Source of the DNA: Octopus sinensis
Lineage: Eukaryota
Direction of reading: 5' to 3'
Length of the DNA: 64,000 nt
NCBI RefSeq assembly: GCF_006345805.1
Contig: NW_021835996.1
Location: 372,001-436,000 of the forward strand
How positions within the stretch are numbered: the stretch's first letter is position 1; every line of letters begins with the position of its first letter. The translations under genes were made by a program, and so were the position numbers. The notes below the pieces were generated by a model, which was not told the DNA's origin, did not search any database, and saw nothing but the letters and a program-made list of their open reading frames with translations. Shown here one piece after another: positions 52,857-64,000 of the stretch.

Positions 52857-55800
52857 TTAGTTAATTAAATTAACAATGTCAAGTGCACATTCAATAATTG
52901 GAGAAGACTTGACGGTGCTCAAAACTTGGACCAGTTCCACTAGCTGGGGACATAGCCGAACAGTGCGATAGTGACATAAATTACGGAGAATGCTCAAAAC
53001 TCGGTGAGTGACTCCGTCCACATTGGCTGCCAAAGCACTTATCAATCTCCCCTCCCAGTGACTCACCTATAGAAAAGCTCGGTAATCTCTCATACATTGC
53101 AAATAAGCTTACAAATCGCTTCATCGGCGGATAGTATAGCCAATGCACCAGAAGCTGCCGAAACCAAATCTAAGATGAGATCGCTAGACCCCTCTTCTTC
53201 CAAAAAACCAACAAAGATGACCAATAACTTGACTCTATCATTCCCCGGGGCAGCAAATAATGCCACCACGTCGTCGAGCATTGCCATATTACACATACAT
53301 TGAGTAGCAGCCAACCGAATTCGAGGATTCTCTGAGAACATACACGTTTCTACAGAGTAGAATCCTTTATGGCGCATTATGCAGCGACTATCAAATAAAC
53401 CCAGCAAACCTACCGGACGTCGTCGTCCACGGAGGCGAGATTCCCGAGTGCTAAAAGACCTTCATAGTTTTGCAACGGAGTCATCGATATGCACAAAAGT
53501 CGAACAAACGGACCCACTACTTGGAATATCTATTGAAATGTGTATTAGAATGCCACAGTTTGATCGGGGAAGATTATAGTGGGGTTGGACGTAATGCCTA
53601 ATCTGGCCAGTGCTTGAGCAGCTAAAATGAATTCCCTACTCAAATCGAGCAGACTGCGAATGCAGCCCATTTGAGCACACAATCCTCGATGTCTCTTCTG
53701 TCGCAAAACACGCAGGAACACCCTACAAAACGGCTGTGATTTTCATTCAAAACCTCGACACATTCTCACAAACTTTGTCACTTTTAGCAGAGGAAAGCAA
53801 GCGCAGTGACTTGAAGACATTTACTTTGACCAACTTGTCCACTCGTCTGTCCACGTATTCTTCACTATCCTGCATATTTAACATAAAATAGACTTTAGGG
53901 TGTTTCTCAGGAATCTTTTCTCTAGCGAATTGTGCAAGCTTCTTCATGTTCTCATCCATTTCCGTCTGGTCGTACGAGTTTGTCAAATTTACCAAAATCT
54001 GAGACACCAAGTAAGAGTATTTATTCGCCGACTAAATCGAATTAACATGATCTACTTTAACAAGCGCTTCAAGAGCGGATTCATCCTCACATAGCAATTC
54101 TTTAGAATCGGCAGATAATGAAAGGAATAGCAGTGCCTGCAGTGAGTAATTAATCAAGTCCGAGTCATCCACAGAGTGTCCTCGTCCACTCAAAACACTA
54201 AAAATAGAGTATTCAGAACTAATAACTCAAGCACACATTTCGTAATTCCCTGATAGTTCAAACTATATTTAGTATCCTCACTCAGCGAATTCGAGAATCC
54301 CTCAATGGACAGTGCCTTGCAGAGTCCCTAATTCGACAAATGAATTAATCAACCACTAAAGCCCGTATCCGTACAGAATCAGATTTATTGGACTCAAAAT
54401 GTTTTCTAAAACACAAATAAATCGAGTCGGAGTGAGCTAAGGCCAGTTTTTTAATGGAAATACAGCCAATGAGACAATCCAATATTGAAATCTAAATAAA
54501 TATTTACAATTCAAACAATTTCTGTTATTAAAGGGTCATCCTCAGAAAGTATAAGAATGGCATCGACCAGACTATCTTTGGTGGAAAGGATCTCGGAAGC
54601 CACGTCAGGGACACTCTGAATTTCAGACTTATAAACTTCAAAAACCTGGAAAAGAGCGGAAATCAGATCAACTGAGGCCACATGAGAACAATCAAGTTCA
54701 TTGATAGTATTCAAGAAAGAACTAAAGTCAGAATATCTCATAACTACTTTGTGTACTCCACACACTGTTTTTTGAAGATTTTTGTTTGGTTTTCATTACG
54801 AAGGCCTTCGTACACTGTAGAAAGGAGTGACTTTACTAGATCAGGTGTGGTATTATCGACCAAAACAAGATTGTTGGTTTTATTAACCCCCAACAATGTA
54901 AGGATTTTCTCCACCACTACGACTATCAAAAATAATCAAACTCTCAGTCTGATCGATCAGTTCGAATGTTGGGGAACCCTTCAAATGCTTCATTAGAAAT
55001 AGTAAAAGTCTGTTCCGGCAAAATACTCCCAATCGGTTAGAATCAATATACTGTGTCACCACCTTTGTGAATTGGGTGACTAACTCTGACGAGTTTTGGA
55101 ACAACGAGTCACATAATCCCCAAATCGAGTCAACCATATCATTTGAAATGTCTGCCTTTACCAGAAAACTAAGCTTAACTAGCAGCCAATCAAATGTAAG
55201 CTTTAGAATTCAAATATGTGATTTACCCGTGAAATCTCGACGGATTTGAGACACAAGTCTCTTAGACAATGACATGCTGCGATACGGATGTCCTCCCCAT
55301 AGTTAGCCGATTTGATGAGAGAAAAGAGAACTTCCACTCCGCCCGATAAGACAATTTTCCTACAATTCTGACTGCATGACCCAAGGTAGTGCAATTTTTT
55401 GATGTTCTGAAATATTTTGAATAGAAAAAACTACAATAAATAGGTCACTGCCATCCTTCATCATTTGGACTACATCAGTCAATTTATCTACAGAAACAGC
55501 ATTTTCTTGATTCTGACAGTACAAGTATATATAAAACCTTACTGATGACTTCTTTCATAAGATTATTGACTAGTTTGTTGTTCCCCTGCACTTTCAGCAG
55601 AGTTTTTAGTGTGGAAGCAGAGTCTTCGTAGCGACCAACTTTATTAAGGCAGCAGGCATATCTGTAGAGGGTTTTTGGGTCAAGGGGAGTTTTTGCCAGA
55701 ACTAATCGAAATTGACAGAATTGAATGACTTGATTGACACTGTTTGATTGCTTCTTCATATTTTTCCATTTTGACGAGGCAGGCTGTTATGTTTTTGGAT

Positions 55801-55919
55801 AATGTTAAAAGTTCTTCTTTGTTTTGAGCCAATTCCTGACATTTCTGGTATGTTTCCAGTGCCAATAGATACTTCCCTTCGTCGTATAGTGTTTTGGCAG
55901 ATGACTTTAAAAACTCCAT
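52857..55919 (-). CDS. UNC45: UNC-45 myosin chaperone (TPR + ARM + UCS), multi-exon
   Basis: N-terminal TPRs (YLLALETYQKC, KNITACLVKMEKYEEAIKQC, KTLYRYACC), ARM-type centre, UCS end (IRLAATQCMCNM, GNDRVKLLVIF, AASGALAILS, HRVLSILRNL). Confidence 0.88.
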
Positions 55920-56013
55920 TAAAGTATTTTAGACAACACAGCAGAAAATTTAAAATGTATTTAGTAATTTTTATTATGACTTAATTATGTAAATTTCATC
56001 TTAAATTATTTAA

Positions 56014-57540
56014 TTAAAAATCCAGATTGTCAGTGATTTCTCTTATTCGCTTGGAAGAAGAAGAGTTTGCCACAAAATTCTCTTCATTTTTCATTCCCAC
56101 GTCAAAGTAATTGTTCAGCTGAGTTTCCTCGCAGCATGCCAACCCCACAAGTTGATTGGCAGCAGCGGCGTACTCTTTTATGTCTACCTTCACTATGTGT
56201 CTTTGTTCAATGACCATACTCTCCAGCGTCCTCTTCAGCACAACCGACTGGATGTGTATAATAGTTTTTACTTTTGTTTCATAGAGGATCGACAATTGGT
56301 TTGCAAGCATATCGTATTTGTGAAATTTCTCCACTTCAACTTGCTTTAAAGTTTAAACGATCTTGCCTTTAAGAAGGTAATTCCACTTTGATCAAATTTA
56401 TTTCTTTTTTTTCTCTGGTCATAGACAAAAATGTCAGGTTTATTGAATTGGACTTTCGTCTCAGTAATTTATTTACAGCTAATTCGGTAAAGCAAAAGTT
56501 TTCTTCGAGCGTCTTTGAGTGAATCAATGTTCAGATTTTCCCAGCCAACAGCTGCATATTTGGATGCAAGAAATTCCGCGATTGTGGCCAAGTGCCATTT
56601 TTTGTTTTAATTACTCGCAGAATACAGATAGTCGATTGTTTTGGCAAATTTTTAAGAAACTGAATGAGTATTAATTCGCTTTTGAAAGAAATGAAAGCAA
56701 ATCTTCTTCCAAGCGTTTGCGATCTAAATACAACCTCTCATTATTTGCAGGCTGGAGATGTAACTTGAGAGTCTTAAGCAATCGGCGTATTTGTTGTTCA
56801 ATTTTGTCAAATTCGTGTGGTTCGATATTGATCAAGTACCGATATCCGTGGATTCCATCCACAGTCTCACAGCATGATAATGATCCCACATTAAATGCTG
56901 ATTTTTCGGAATTCATTTCTAAGCCAACACATTCAAAGAATCCATTAACAGTCTCCATCATGTTGACTATCACATCTTTTTTGAGAGGAACTATTTTCAA
57001 ATTGTCAATAAAAAAGAAATGATTTGTGGAATATGTCAACATATTGGGATTTTCCCGACTAATTTGGAGTTTAGGAAACATGAAGTTAAGCATCCTGCTT
57101 AAGGGATCCATCGCCATAACGAATAGCAACTGAAATAATGAATCTCCTTGGAGTATTCCCCGGCCTAACTTTACCTTTCAAATTCTTTTTCCATAAATAT
57201 ATAAGTTTGCTGTCCACTTCTTGGCTATGCTCTTCACAAAGTTGACGATCCAATGTGGTATTCTAGAGCAATCCAATACATGGAACAAGAAATCGTGATA
57301 ACTGAGTTAAATGCCTTCTTGACATTGACTCAAGCGGAATAGAGGGCATTTGCGTACTCCTTATTTAACCATTGGTTAATGAGGCCTGCTCTTTGGCGCC
57401 TTGAATTGCTTCCTTGATCAAAGCTGATTATCTGAGATTAAGCCAAATGCCAAATGTTGGAGTGAATGTGGGTTACAGTTAGCGAATAAAGTAACCCTGA
57501 ACGAGTATACGAGATGGTCAGTTTTGTCTTATATTCAGAG
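56014..57540 (-). mobile_element. Decayed RLE-type (R2/NeSL-like) non-LTR retrotransposon, 3' half
   Basis: GILQGDSL, LFVMAMDPLSR, NHFFFIDNLK, ANNERLYL, NKPDIFVYD (PD..D nuclease), KYDMLANQL, IQSVVLKRTLES; internal deletions. Confidence 0.85.
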
Positions 57541-58302
57541 TTCGAATTGACTTTTCTTTGTAAATAAATAATTTTATTTATTTAAAATTTAATTTTTGAC
57601 AATTTTATAGTGTCCCAAAATTTCCGTAATTTTGTATCGATTTTTGCATGTTACTATATTAAAATGAAGGTCAAAAATTAAAATGCCACAAAGCCGAGCT
57701 TTACTTTGTGTCTCCGACCTTGTTCTTGACAATCTTTAAACTTTTCAAACTTCAAATGAATAGCAAACAAGCCATACTAGCGAAACTCTATTTCTATCTC
57801 CCAAAATTTACTGTACTACTTAAAAGTATCTTAACCAGTCAGTAATAATCGTTTCAGTAACACAGTCAGTTTTTTTAATTCTTTCAAACCCTGCGAATAT
57901 TGAAAACCATCTGCTCCAATTGAATGAAGAAAATAGTGCCTATGTCGAGAAGCATGCTCTAATATCTGCTTTATTTGTCATTTATTTTAGAAAAAAACGT
58001 AGAGTATATTAATCAGAATTAAAGTGGTGCTTTATACTCAATGGAATGCTGAAATTTGACAAGAAAAAGTGAGAACTCTCATTTTGCGTTGAATGAAAAT
58101 GAATGTCTTTTATTTTGGAAAATCTCATAAAGAAATCAATCCGGTTTATAAAATTGTATCCAACTATGGTAGCTATGCCTAATAAACCCTTATTTCAACA
58201 TTTCCATTTGATACAATGAATACAGGTTATTAAAATAATATATTAATATATTTTGGTTTAAAATATTTTAATAATTAAAAAAATCGTGAATTGTTTAAGC
58301 AC

Positions 58303-60107
58303 ATGGAAGTTAAAACTACATTAGTAGTGACTAATTAATAACAACTGTAGGGAAAAAATAAGGAAAATGGCTCAAAATCACAGAAAAAACAGACGAAATT
58401 GGGAATGGAGTACGGAAGAATCGAAAACTTCTCGAAATGGTACCGAGAGGTAATTCTTATATATTCTACTCTACTCGTGTAGGTCATCGTAAAGGCAGAG
58501 ATGATTGACTATTATGATGTTTCTGGCTGCTACATTCTTATGCCATATGCTTACTCAATCTGGGAGAGAATCGTAGAATTCTTTGACCAAGAAATTAAAA
58601 AGCTTGGGGTAAAAAATGCTTATTTCCCAATTTTTGTTTCCAAGACTTCCCTCACTAAAGAAAAAGAACACATTGATGATTTTTCTCCTGAGGTATTGGG
58701 GACAAAACATTTTTAAGGTTGCTTGGGTGACTCATTCGGGCGATACTAAGTTGTCTGAGCCAATTGCTATCAGACCTACGAGTGAAACTGTTATGTACCC
58801 GGCATTTGCTCGGTGGATTCAATCTTACCGTGATTTGCCACTTAAACTAAATCAATGGAACAATGTTGTGGTATGAAAAGTATATTTATTTTTAGAGATG
58901 GGAATTCAAGGATCCAATGCCTTTTATTAGGACAAGAGAATTTCTTTGGCAGGAAGGTCATTCAGCCTTTGCAAATCAAGAAGAAGCCGCGGATGAAGTC
59001 GATATTATTCTCGCCCTCTATAGACGAGTTCACGAAGAATTATTAGCCGTCCCAGTCATTCCAGGTCGGAAAACTGTAAAAGAAAAATTTGCCGGCGCAG
59101 ATTATACCAAAACTATCGAAACATATATTTCTGCCAGCGGAAGAGGAATTCAAGTTTATCTTTATCAATTTCACGGTTAAGTGTGCTACTGCACATCATC
59201 TTGGTCAAAATTTTTCGAAAATGTTTAAAATTGATTTTCAAGATCCGGTTGATGGCTCTTCCAAGTTTGTCTACCAAAATTCGTGGGGACTCACAACGAG
59301 AACTATCGGAGTAATGGTTATGGTCCACAGTGACGACCATGGGCTTATTTTGCCTCCGCGAGTAGCTCCAGTTCAAGTCGTGATTATGTCCTGCGGTCTA
59401 ACGTCGAGTACAAGTCAGGAAGTGGTTAATGTCGTCACGTTGCAAAAAAAATATATATACGATCAACTCATTGGAGGAGGTATCAGAGTGGAGTGTGATG
59501 ACCGCGAAAATCGTACCAGTGGTTGGAAGTTTAGTTACCATGAATTGAGAGTATCTTTATATTCTTACAATCAAGGGAGTTCCACTTAGGATTGAAATCG
59601 GGCCCAATAACGCTCCTGACGAAAATTTTGACTATGTGAGGAGGGATAATTTGTATCGGGGGAAAATATGCGCAAGAGAAAATGTCCAGTGGGTTGAACA
59701 AGTTGTGGAAATTTTGAATAATATACAAAACGAGCTATTATCAAAGTGATATTTATTCATATTTTTAGAGCATCGAATAAATTGGAGGAAACGATAGTCA
59801 CCACAAATGATTGGAATACATTTAAGAATTCGTTTGATGACAAAAAAATGGTTGTTTCCCCTTTTTGTGGAGAAGATGTATGTGAAACCTACATTAAAGC
59901 CAATACTGAGTTTGTGGAGTTATTATTTATTTAAGGACAACACAAATAATTGACGAGCATCTTAAATCAACTGGAATGGGTGCAAAGTCTTTGTGTATTC
60001 CTTTTGATCAAGCAAAATATGGGGAAATAATGGATGATACGGTATGTATCAACACTGACTGCACTCGCAAGCCGCAATATTTTGTTCTTTTTGGTCGAAG
60101 CTATTAG
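58303..60107 (+). CDS. EPRS1: Cytosolic prolyl-tRNA synthetase; only the ProRS half of EPRS1 is present
   Basis: [77 protein letters not shown]. Confidence 0.95.
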
Positions 60108-60267
60108 CTAAGTATCAATTATTTACTTTTATTTGGTTTCTTTTATTGATTTTATTTAAGGCTGCCTTTATAAATAAGAGATTTTACTTTTTCACAACAA
60201 GTCCATGTTTTGACTAGAGCTTAGATAGCCCATTTAGACCCCTACATCATTCGCGTTAAATTCTGTT

Positions 60268-60900
60268 TTAAAACTGACGAAAATCTAGCAGAGAAAAGAT
60301 TTCTTTTGTCAATTTTGTAGCATTTTCTGCTAAAAGTTTAAATACCAACAGAGTAATAAGAATCTGGTTGAGAAAGGTAATAAAACCATCACGAACTGAA
60401 GAATTTTCTGGTGGAATCTTGTCAGTTTCACTTTTAATTAAATTCAACAAGGAAAACCGTACTATTTAATAAAAACGATTCACATAATCCCATCTTATTC
60501 ACCCAAGCATCTTTTTTATATTCTAAGTATGAAAAACAACAATAGCGTTCTTCAGTTTTGTCTGGATGGCGATAATCCATGAACTAACTGCTCGTTCACA
60601 AATTTCTGAGTGACTACAACAATATGGCACAGTTTTTTTATTTTGTTAATTTGCCAGTGATAGGTCTGAAAAGTTGTACCAATATAATTCCATGGGTTCC
60701 CGTTCTTTAGTTGAAGTAATAACATGTCATCTCTCTTGTGTTGAGAAAAACATTGTCTTGGATGGTTGCCTTTTTAAAGTAGTAAAGATGTCTCTTTTTT
60801 GGTTCCATCATCAAATACAAAACCACACGCGACAACATCCTCATCGAGATTAAGGCGGTAGAAAATTTTCGGAGAATGTTAGATGGCCTTCTAGACGACG
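60268..60900 (-). other. Unassigned coding-like segment between ProRS and CCDC13
   Basis: Several short open frames bounded by intron-like GT..AG pieces; no family recognised. Confidence 0.25.
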
Positions 60901-60973
60901 TTTACGTTTTTAAATACCAAAAAGAGTTTAAAAATGCGCTGAGGAGATCCCAACAGCTCTAGGGAAAATAGAA

Positions 60974-62668
60974 TCAACAAATTTTATTTGCAATGTCATT
61001 AACGGCTTTACGCATTTCATTCCTTCCATTTTCCGTTATTTCAAGAAATTCCCTTACATCACGCTCCCGAAGTTGTTCTAGTTCCCTCACAGTTTCTGCA
61101 AGTATGGCATTCCTTTCTTTCAATGCCTGCACTTTTCCTTCGCCGGGACCTATTTCGTTAGATTTTGATTCCCCCGATAACACTAATTCAGCGTTTCTAC
61201 GGTTCAGATTATGGCAATAACTTTTTTTGAAGATGAATCACTTGTTCGGCTAATTTAGCCCGTTCTGCAGAAAGAGTCGAGTTGAGAACACTTAGTTCAG
61301 TCATCTTCCAATCTCTGTTGGAGTGAAAATCGGTTTACAACGGGACTTCAACTTGCTTTTTAAGAATTACGTTCTCTGTAGTCAAGGTCTCCAGTGAATT
61401 TTGAAGCTGTACGATTGTGGAGTGTAGACGGGACGACTCTGCTTGGGTCATTGCCACTTGCCTCGTCTCATCTCCAATCGAATTTTTCAGCTTATCCTGA
61501 TTGTTCTAACGTCATAATCTAATCTCTCTTACAATCAAAGCCTCAATCAACTCATCGTCGTGTTTGCTCTTTGTTAGCACGTGAGCCATCTGTTCACGCA
61601 TAACTTTTAATTCTTTGACTAAAATTTCTTTTCTTTACACTCAAGACTACAAGCTCACCTCAAATTGACTCCCTCTAGTTTCTCCTTCTTTTCACGAACT
61701 GATTTGTTTAGTGTATCCACCTGCAGCTGAAGGTTCTAACTTCCTCTCAGATCTGTGTTACCTCAATTTGTTTAGATTTATTCTCCTCCATATTAACAAT
61801 ATGTTTTTGAGCCTTTGAAGTCCCGCCTGGAGGATCCCTTTTTCGAGAAATTCCTTTCTCATTCGCCAACTCCTGTTTGGTCTCTTCCAACTAATAAGAC
61901 TTAATTTTGATTGGGATACTTTTCTTTGGAGGATTGCTATTTGTTCTGCACGGCCTTTCCAGTTAGAGTTACCAGAAAGAATGGACTTGATATCCACGGA
62001 ATGACCGACTTCGAGACCGAGAACCTTTGATAGTCCAAACGAACAGAACTTTAGTCAGCACTTTATTTTCTCGCCCAATTGCATCGCACTCATTCCTAAG
62101 TCCCACAACTTTCCCCTCCGCCTTTTTCAACTTTTCAGAGAGTATTAACATGTCCATTTGCAACTGTATAGTTAGAGGAAGACATAGCTACTTGAGGTTT
62201 GTATTCCGCACTAATGCTTTCGCTGTGCTGAGTTAGCATGTCCTTTTCAAGTTGTTTGACTTTGCTAGCCAGTTGTGAACTCCGAGTCTTCTCACTGTGC
62301 AGTTGAGACGTTAGACTCCGGACGGTTTTTGATAACTCCAGAATTTTTGAGGCAGCAGCGTCTTTTTCCAAAAGGCCTATATTTCATGGGAGAGGATTTG
62401 CCATTTCCGGTGAAAAGGTCCTTTTCCTCTGCGTGTCTAATCTTGTTTTTTTGGATCTCAAAAGTGAGGTCGTCAATGTTTTTGAGTAATCTGCTTTTCT
62501 CGTTTGTTAGTTGCTATATCAATGAAATAACTGAATCCAACCCTGATCTGCTCGTTCAGATGAATCACAAGACCATTCGATTCTGCATTTATCTCCTTTC
62601 AGGAAGTTAGAATATTTTACTTTCAATAGCATATCTTCTTCCACTCCATACACGTTTTCCTTAGGCAT
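60974..62668 (-). CDS. CCDC13: Coiled-coil domain-containing protein 13 (centriolar satellite), multi-exon
   Basis: DAAASKILELSKTVRSL, LRNECDAIGRENKVLTKVL, SILSGNSNWKGRAEQIAILQRKV match the CCDC13 pattern. The start may be the second Met at 62632. Confidence 0.75.
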
Positions 62669-62669
62669 T

Positions 62670-62682
62670 GTTACTTAGATAC
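62670..62682 (-). promoter_or_regulatory. X-box (RFX) motif upstream of CCDC13
   Basis: GTATCT-A-AGTAAC on the minus strand, 37 nt before the Met at 62632. Confidence 0.55.
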
Positions 62683-63530
62683 TATTCACTTTTAACCAAT
62701 ATTAGTTTATCATACACTTATGTCTATTTAAAAAAAAATGTCGAAAATAATATTTTTTATGATCTAACTCGAGAGAAGCTCTTTTAAACTGGCATAGTGT
62801 AAATCATTGTTCTAACCCAGTCGGCACACGAACTTTTTACTTCTTTTAACAATTTCCTGACCTGTCCAAAACTAGCAGCTGTCGTTTACTGCGAAGAGCT
62901 GATCCATTTTTTGAAAAATAGTTTATTCTCTTCAGTTTGTCTTTGCATTCAACTACACAGTTAAGCCAGCGTCATTGGCAACGAATGCAAAGTCATATCC
63001 TCACTCAGCATTAAAGTTTTAATTTTCTACTCACGTTTTTGAGATCTTTCCGTTTTTCCAGTGTTAAAAGTTCCCTAGAGTTGTTACAGTATTTTTCTTA
63101 CTAATTCAGTAATACCGTACTTTCTTTATTGGATAGTTTGTAATGTGAGACCCGTTTTGTGTCGATCGATCTGGAAAAGGTGTCATTTGGGAAGTTTGGC
63201 TGAGACGGTACATCTGGTAAAAGATAACGAAAATGTCCAAATGAGAGCTCAAGTGGAACAAAAATCTACCATAGTGCAAACGCAAAGATGGTGGTGTTAA
63301 ATGGATATTTAACATCTTTATTAAAAAAAACTGATTAACTAAGTAATTTTCGAACTAAGTCCAGAGGCTTCGAAGTGAGCAGAAAATGGCACTCCACGCA
63401 CCTCCTCCCATTTTTCCTCCTCCTCTCTGGCACTGTAGAACTCCGAGAAGGTGCAGTCCAGCATCTCTGGGAGTCTAAATGTCAGAAAGAGGCTAGATCG
63501 GCAAGCATCAAACTAGACACTCTCTATACC

Positions 63531-63622
63531 TTTCCAAGTTTAATATGGGAATTTCTAAATTCAATATGGGATTTCCAAGTTCAAAGTGGGATTTTCCAAA
63601 TTCAATATGGGATTTCCAAGTT
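63531..63622. repeat. ~20-bp tandem repeat (TTCAATATGGGATTTCCAAG), about 4 copies
   Basis: Direct reading; just 3' of the Tc1-like ORF, probably subterminal repeats. Confidence 0.8.
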
Positions 63623-63675
63623 AATTTTAAAATATTTGAAAAAAAATCATGACTCATTTATATCAAACGAAAAAA

Positions 63676-64000
63676 TTAAAATGTTACGTCCTTGTAATTT
63701 AATAAAGAAGGCAATAGTCCTTGGATTCTGGCTATTAACTTAGCACAAATCTTTGGAGTAACTTCGTCCATAGATTGTTTAATTAAATCCTCAAATCTCT
63801 GTTTCCGAAATTCTGTTTTTGACAAGTCAGGTTCATTTCCATCTAAGATATTTCCAAGATTTTCAGCCATTTTTCTTTTTACAAAAGCTTTCATTTTAGA
63901 CCATATTTGTTCGATTGGATTTAACATTGGACTGTAAGGTGCAAGTCGAAGTATTTTGTTTTCTGTGAATTCATTTTCTTCAAGTATTTTTTCAATGTCT
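63676..64000 (-). mobile_element. IS630/Tc1-like DDE transposase C-terminus (runs off the window)
   Basis: RLAPYSPMLNPIEQIWSKMK motif containing the third catalytic Glu. Confidence 0.85.

Noticed and set aside
57600-58200. Possible minus-strand LRR-like fragment (IGADGFQYSQGLKELKKLTV) upstream of ProRS
   Set aside because: I could not build a consistent exon chain. It is not GluRS or WHEP, so it does not alter the ProRS conclusion.
62780-63310. Faint RT-like words (DQLFAV, FVSIDLEK, KIYHSANAK)
   Set aside because: Too degraded to assign beyond a probable LINE relic.

Overview
AT-rich eukaryotic (animal) genomic DNA with compact genes split by ultra-short spliceosomal introns (mostly 22-33 nt), interleaved with a diverse transposon load. 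Recognisable genes: kinesin light chain, POLA1, IFT46, a possible TMEM138-like protein, MLX, a divergent class C GPCR, GPN2, SNRNP200/Brr2, IFT52, NSUN2, UNC-45, a stand-alone cytosolic prolyl-tRNA synthetase and CCDC13. Intron size and gene content suggest a genome-reduced parasitic metazoan (a dicyemid-like animal fits best; myxozoan or orthonectid not excluded). That is inference, not an identification. Mobile elements with exact boundaries: (1) a Ginger2/TDD-type DNA transposon (64-bp TG..CA TIRs, 5-bp TSD) whose Gypsy-like integrase gene carries seven host-type 24-32 nt introns and is interrupted by a nested hAT; (2) two ~3-kb Helitrons (A|TC..CTAG|T), each with a PIF1 remnant, a homologous ~95-bp satellite array and a (CTGT)n tract; (3) a near-intact Buster-type hAT. 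There are also many decayed LINE, RLE-type non-LTR, hAT and Tc1 fragments. Main leads: the intron-laden Ginger transposase, the satellite-carrying Helitrons with double hairpin/CTAG ends, several GC-AG and stop-free 3n micro-introns, RFX X-boxes ahead of three ciliary genes, and apparent fission of EPRS. All exon structures were read by eye, so gene ends are approximate where stated.
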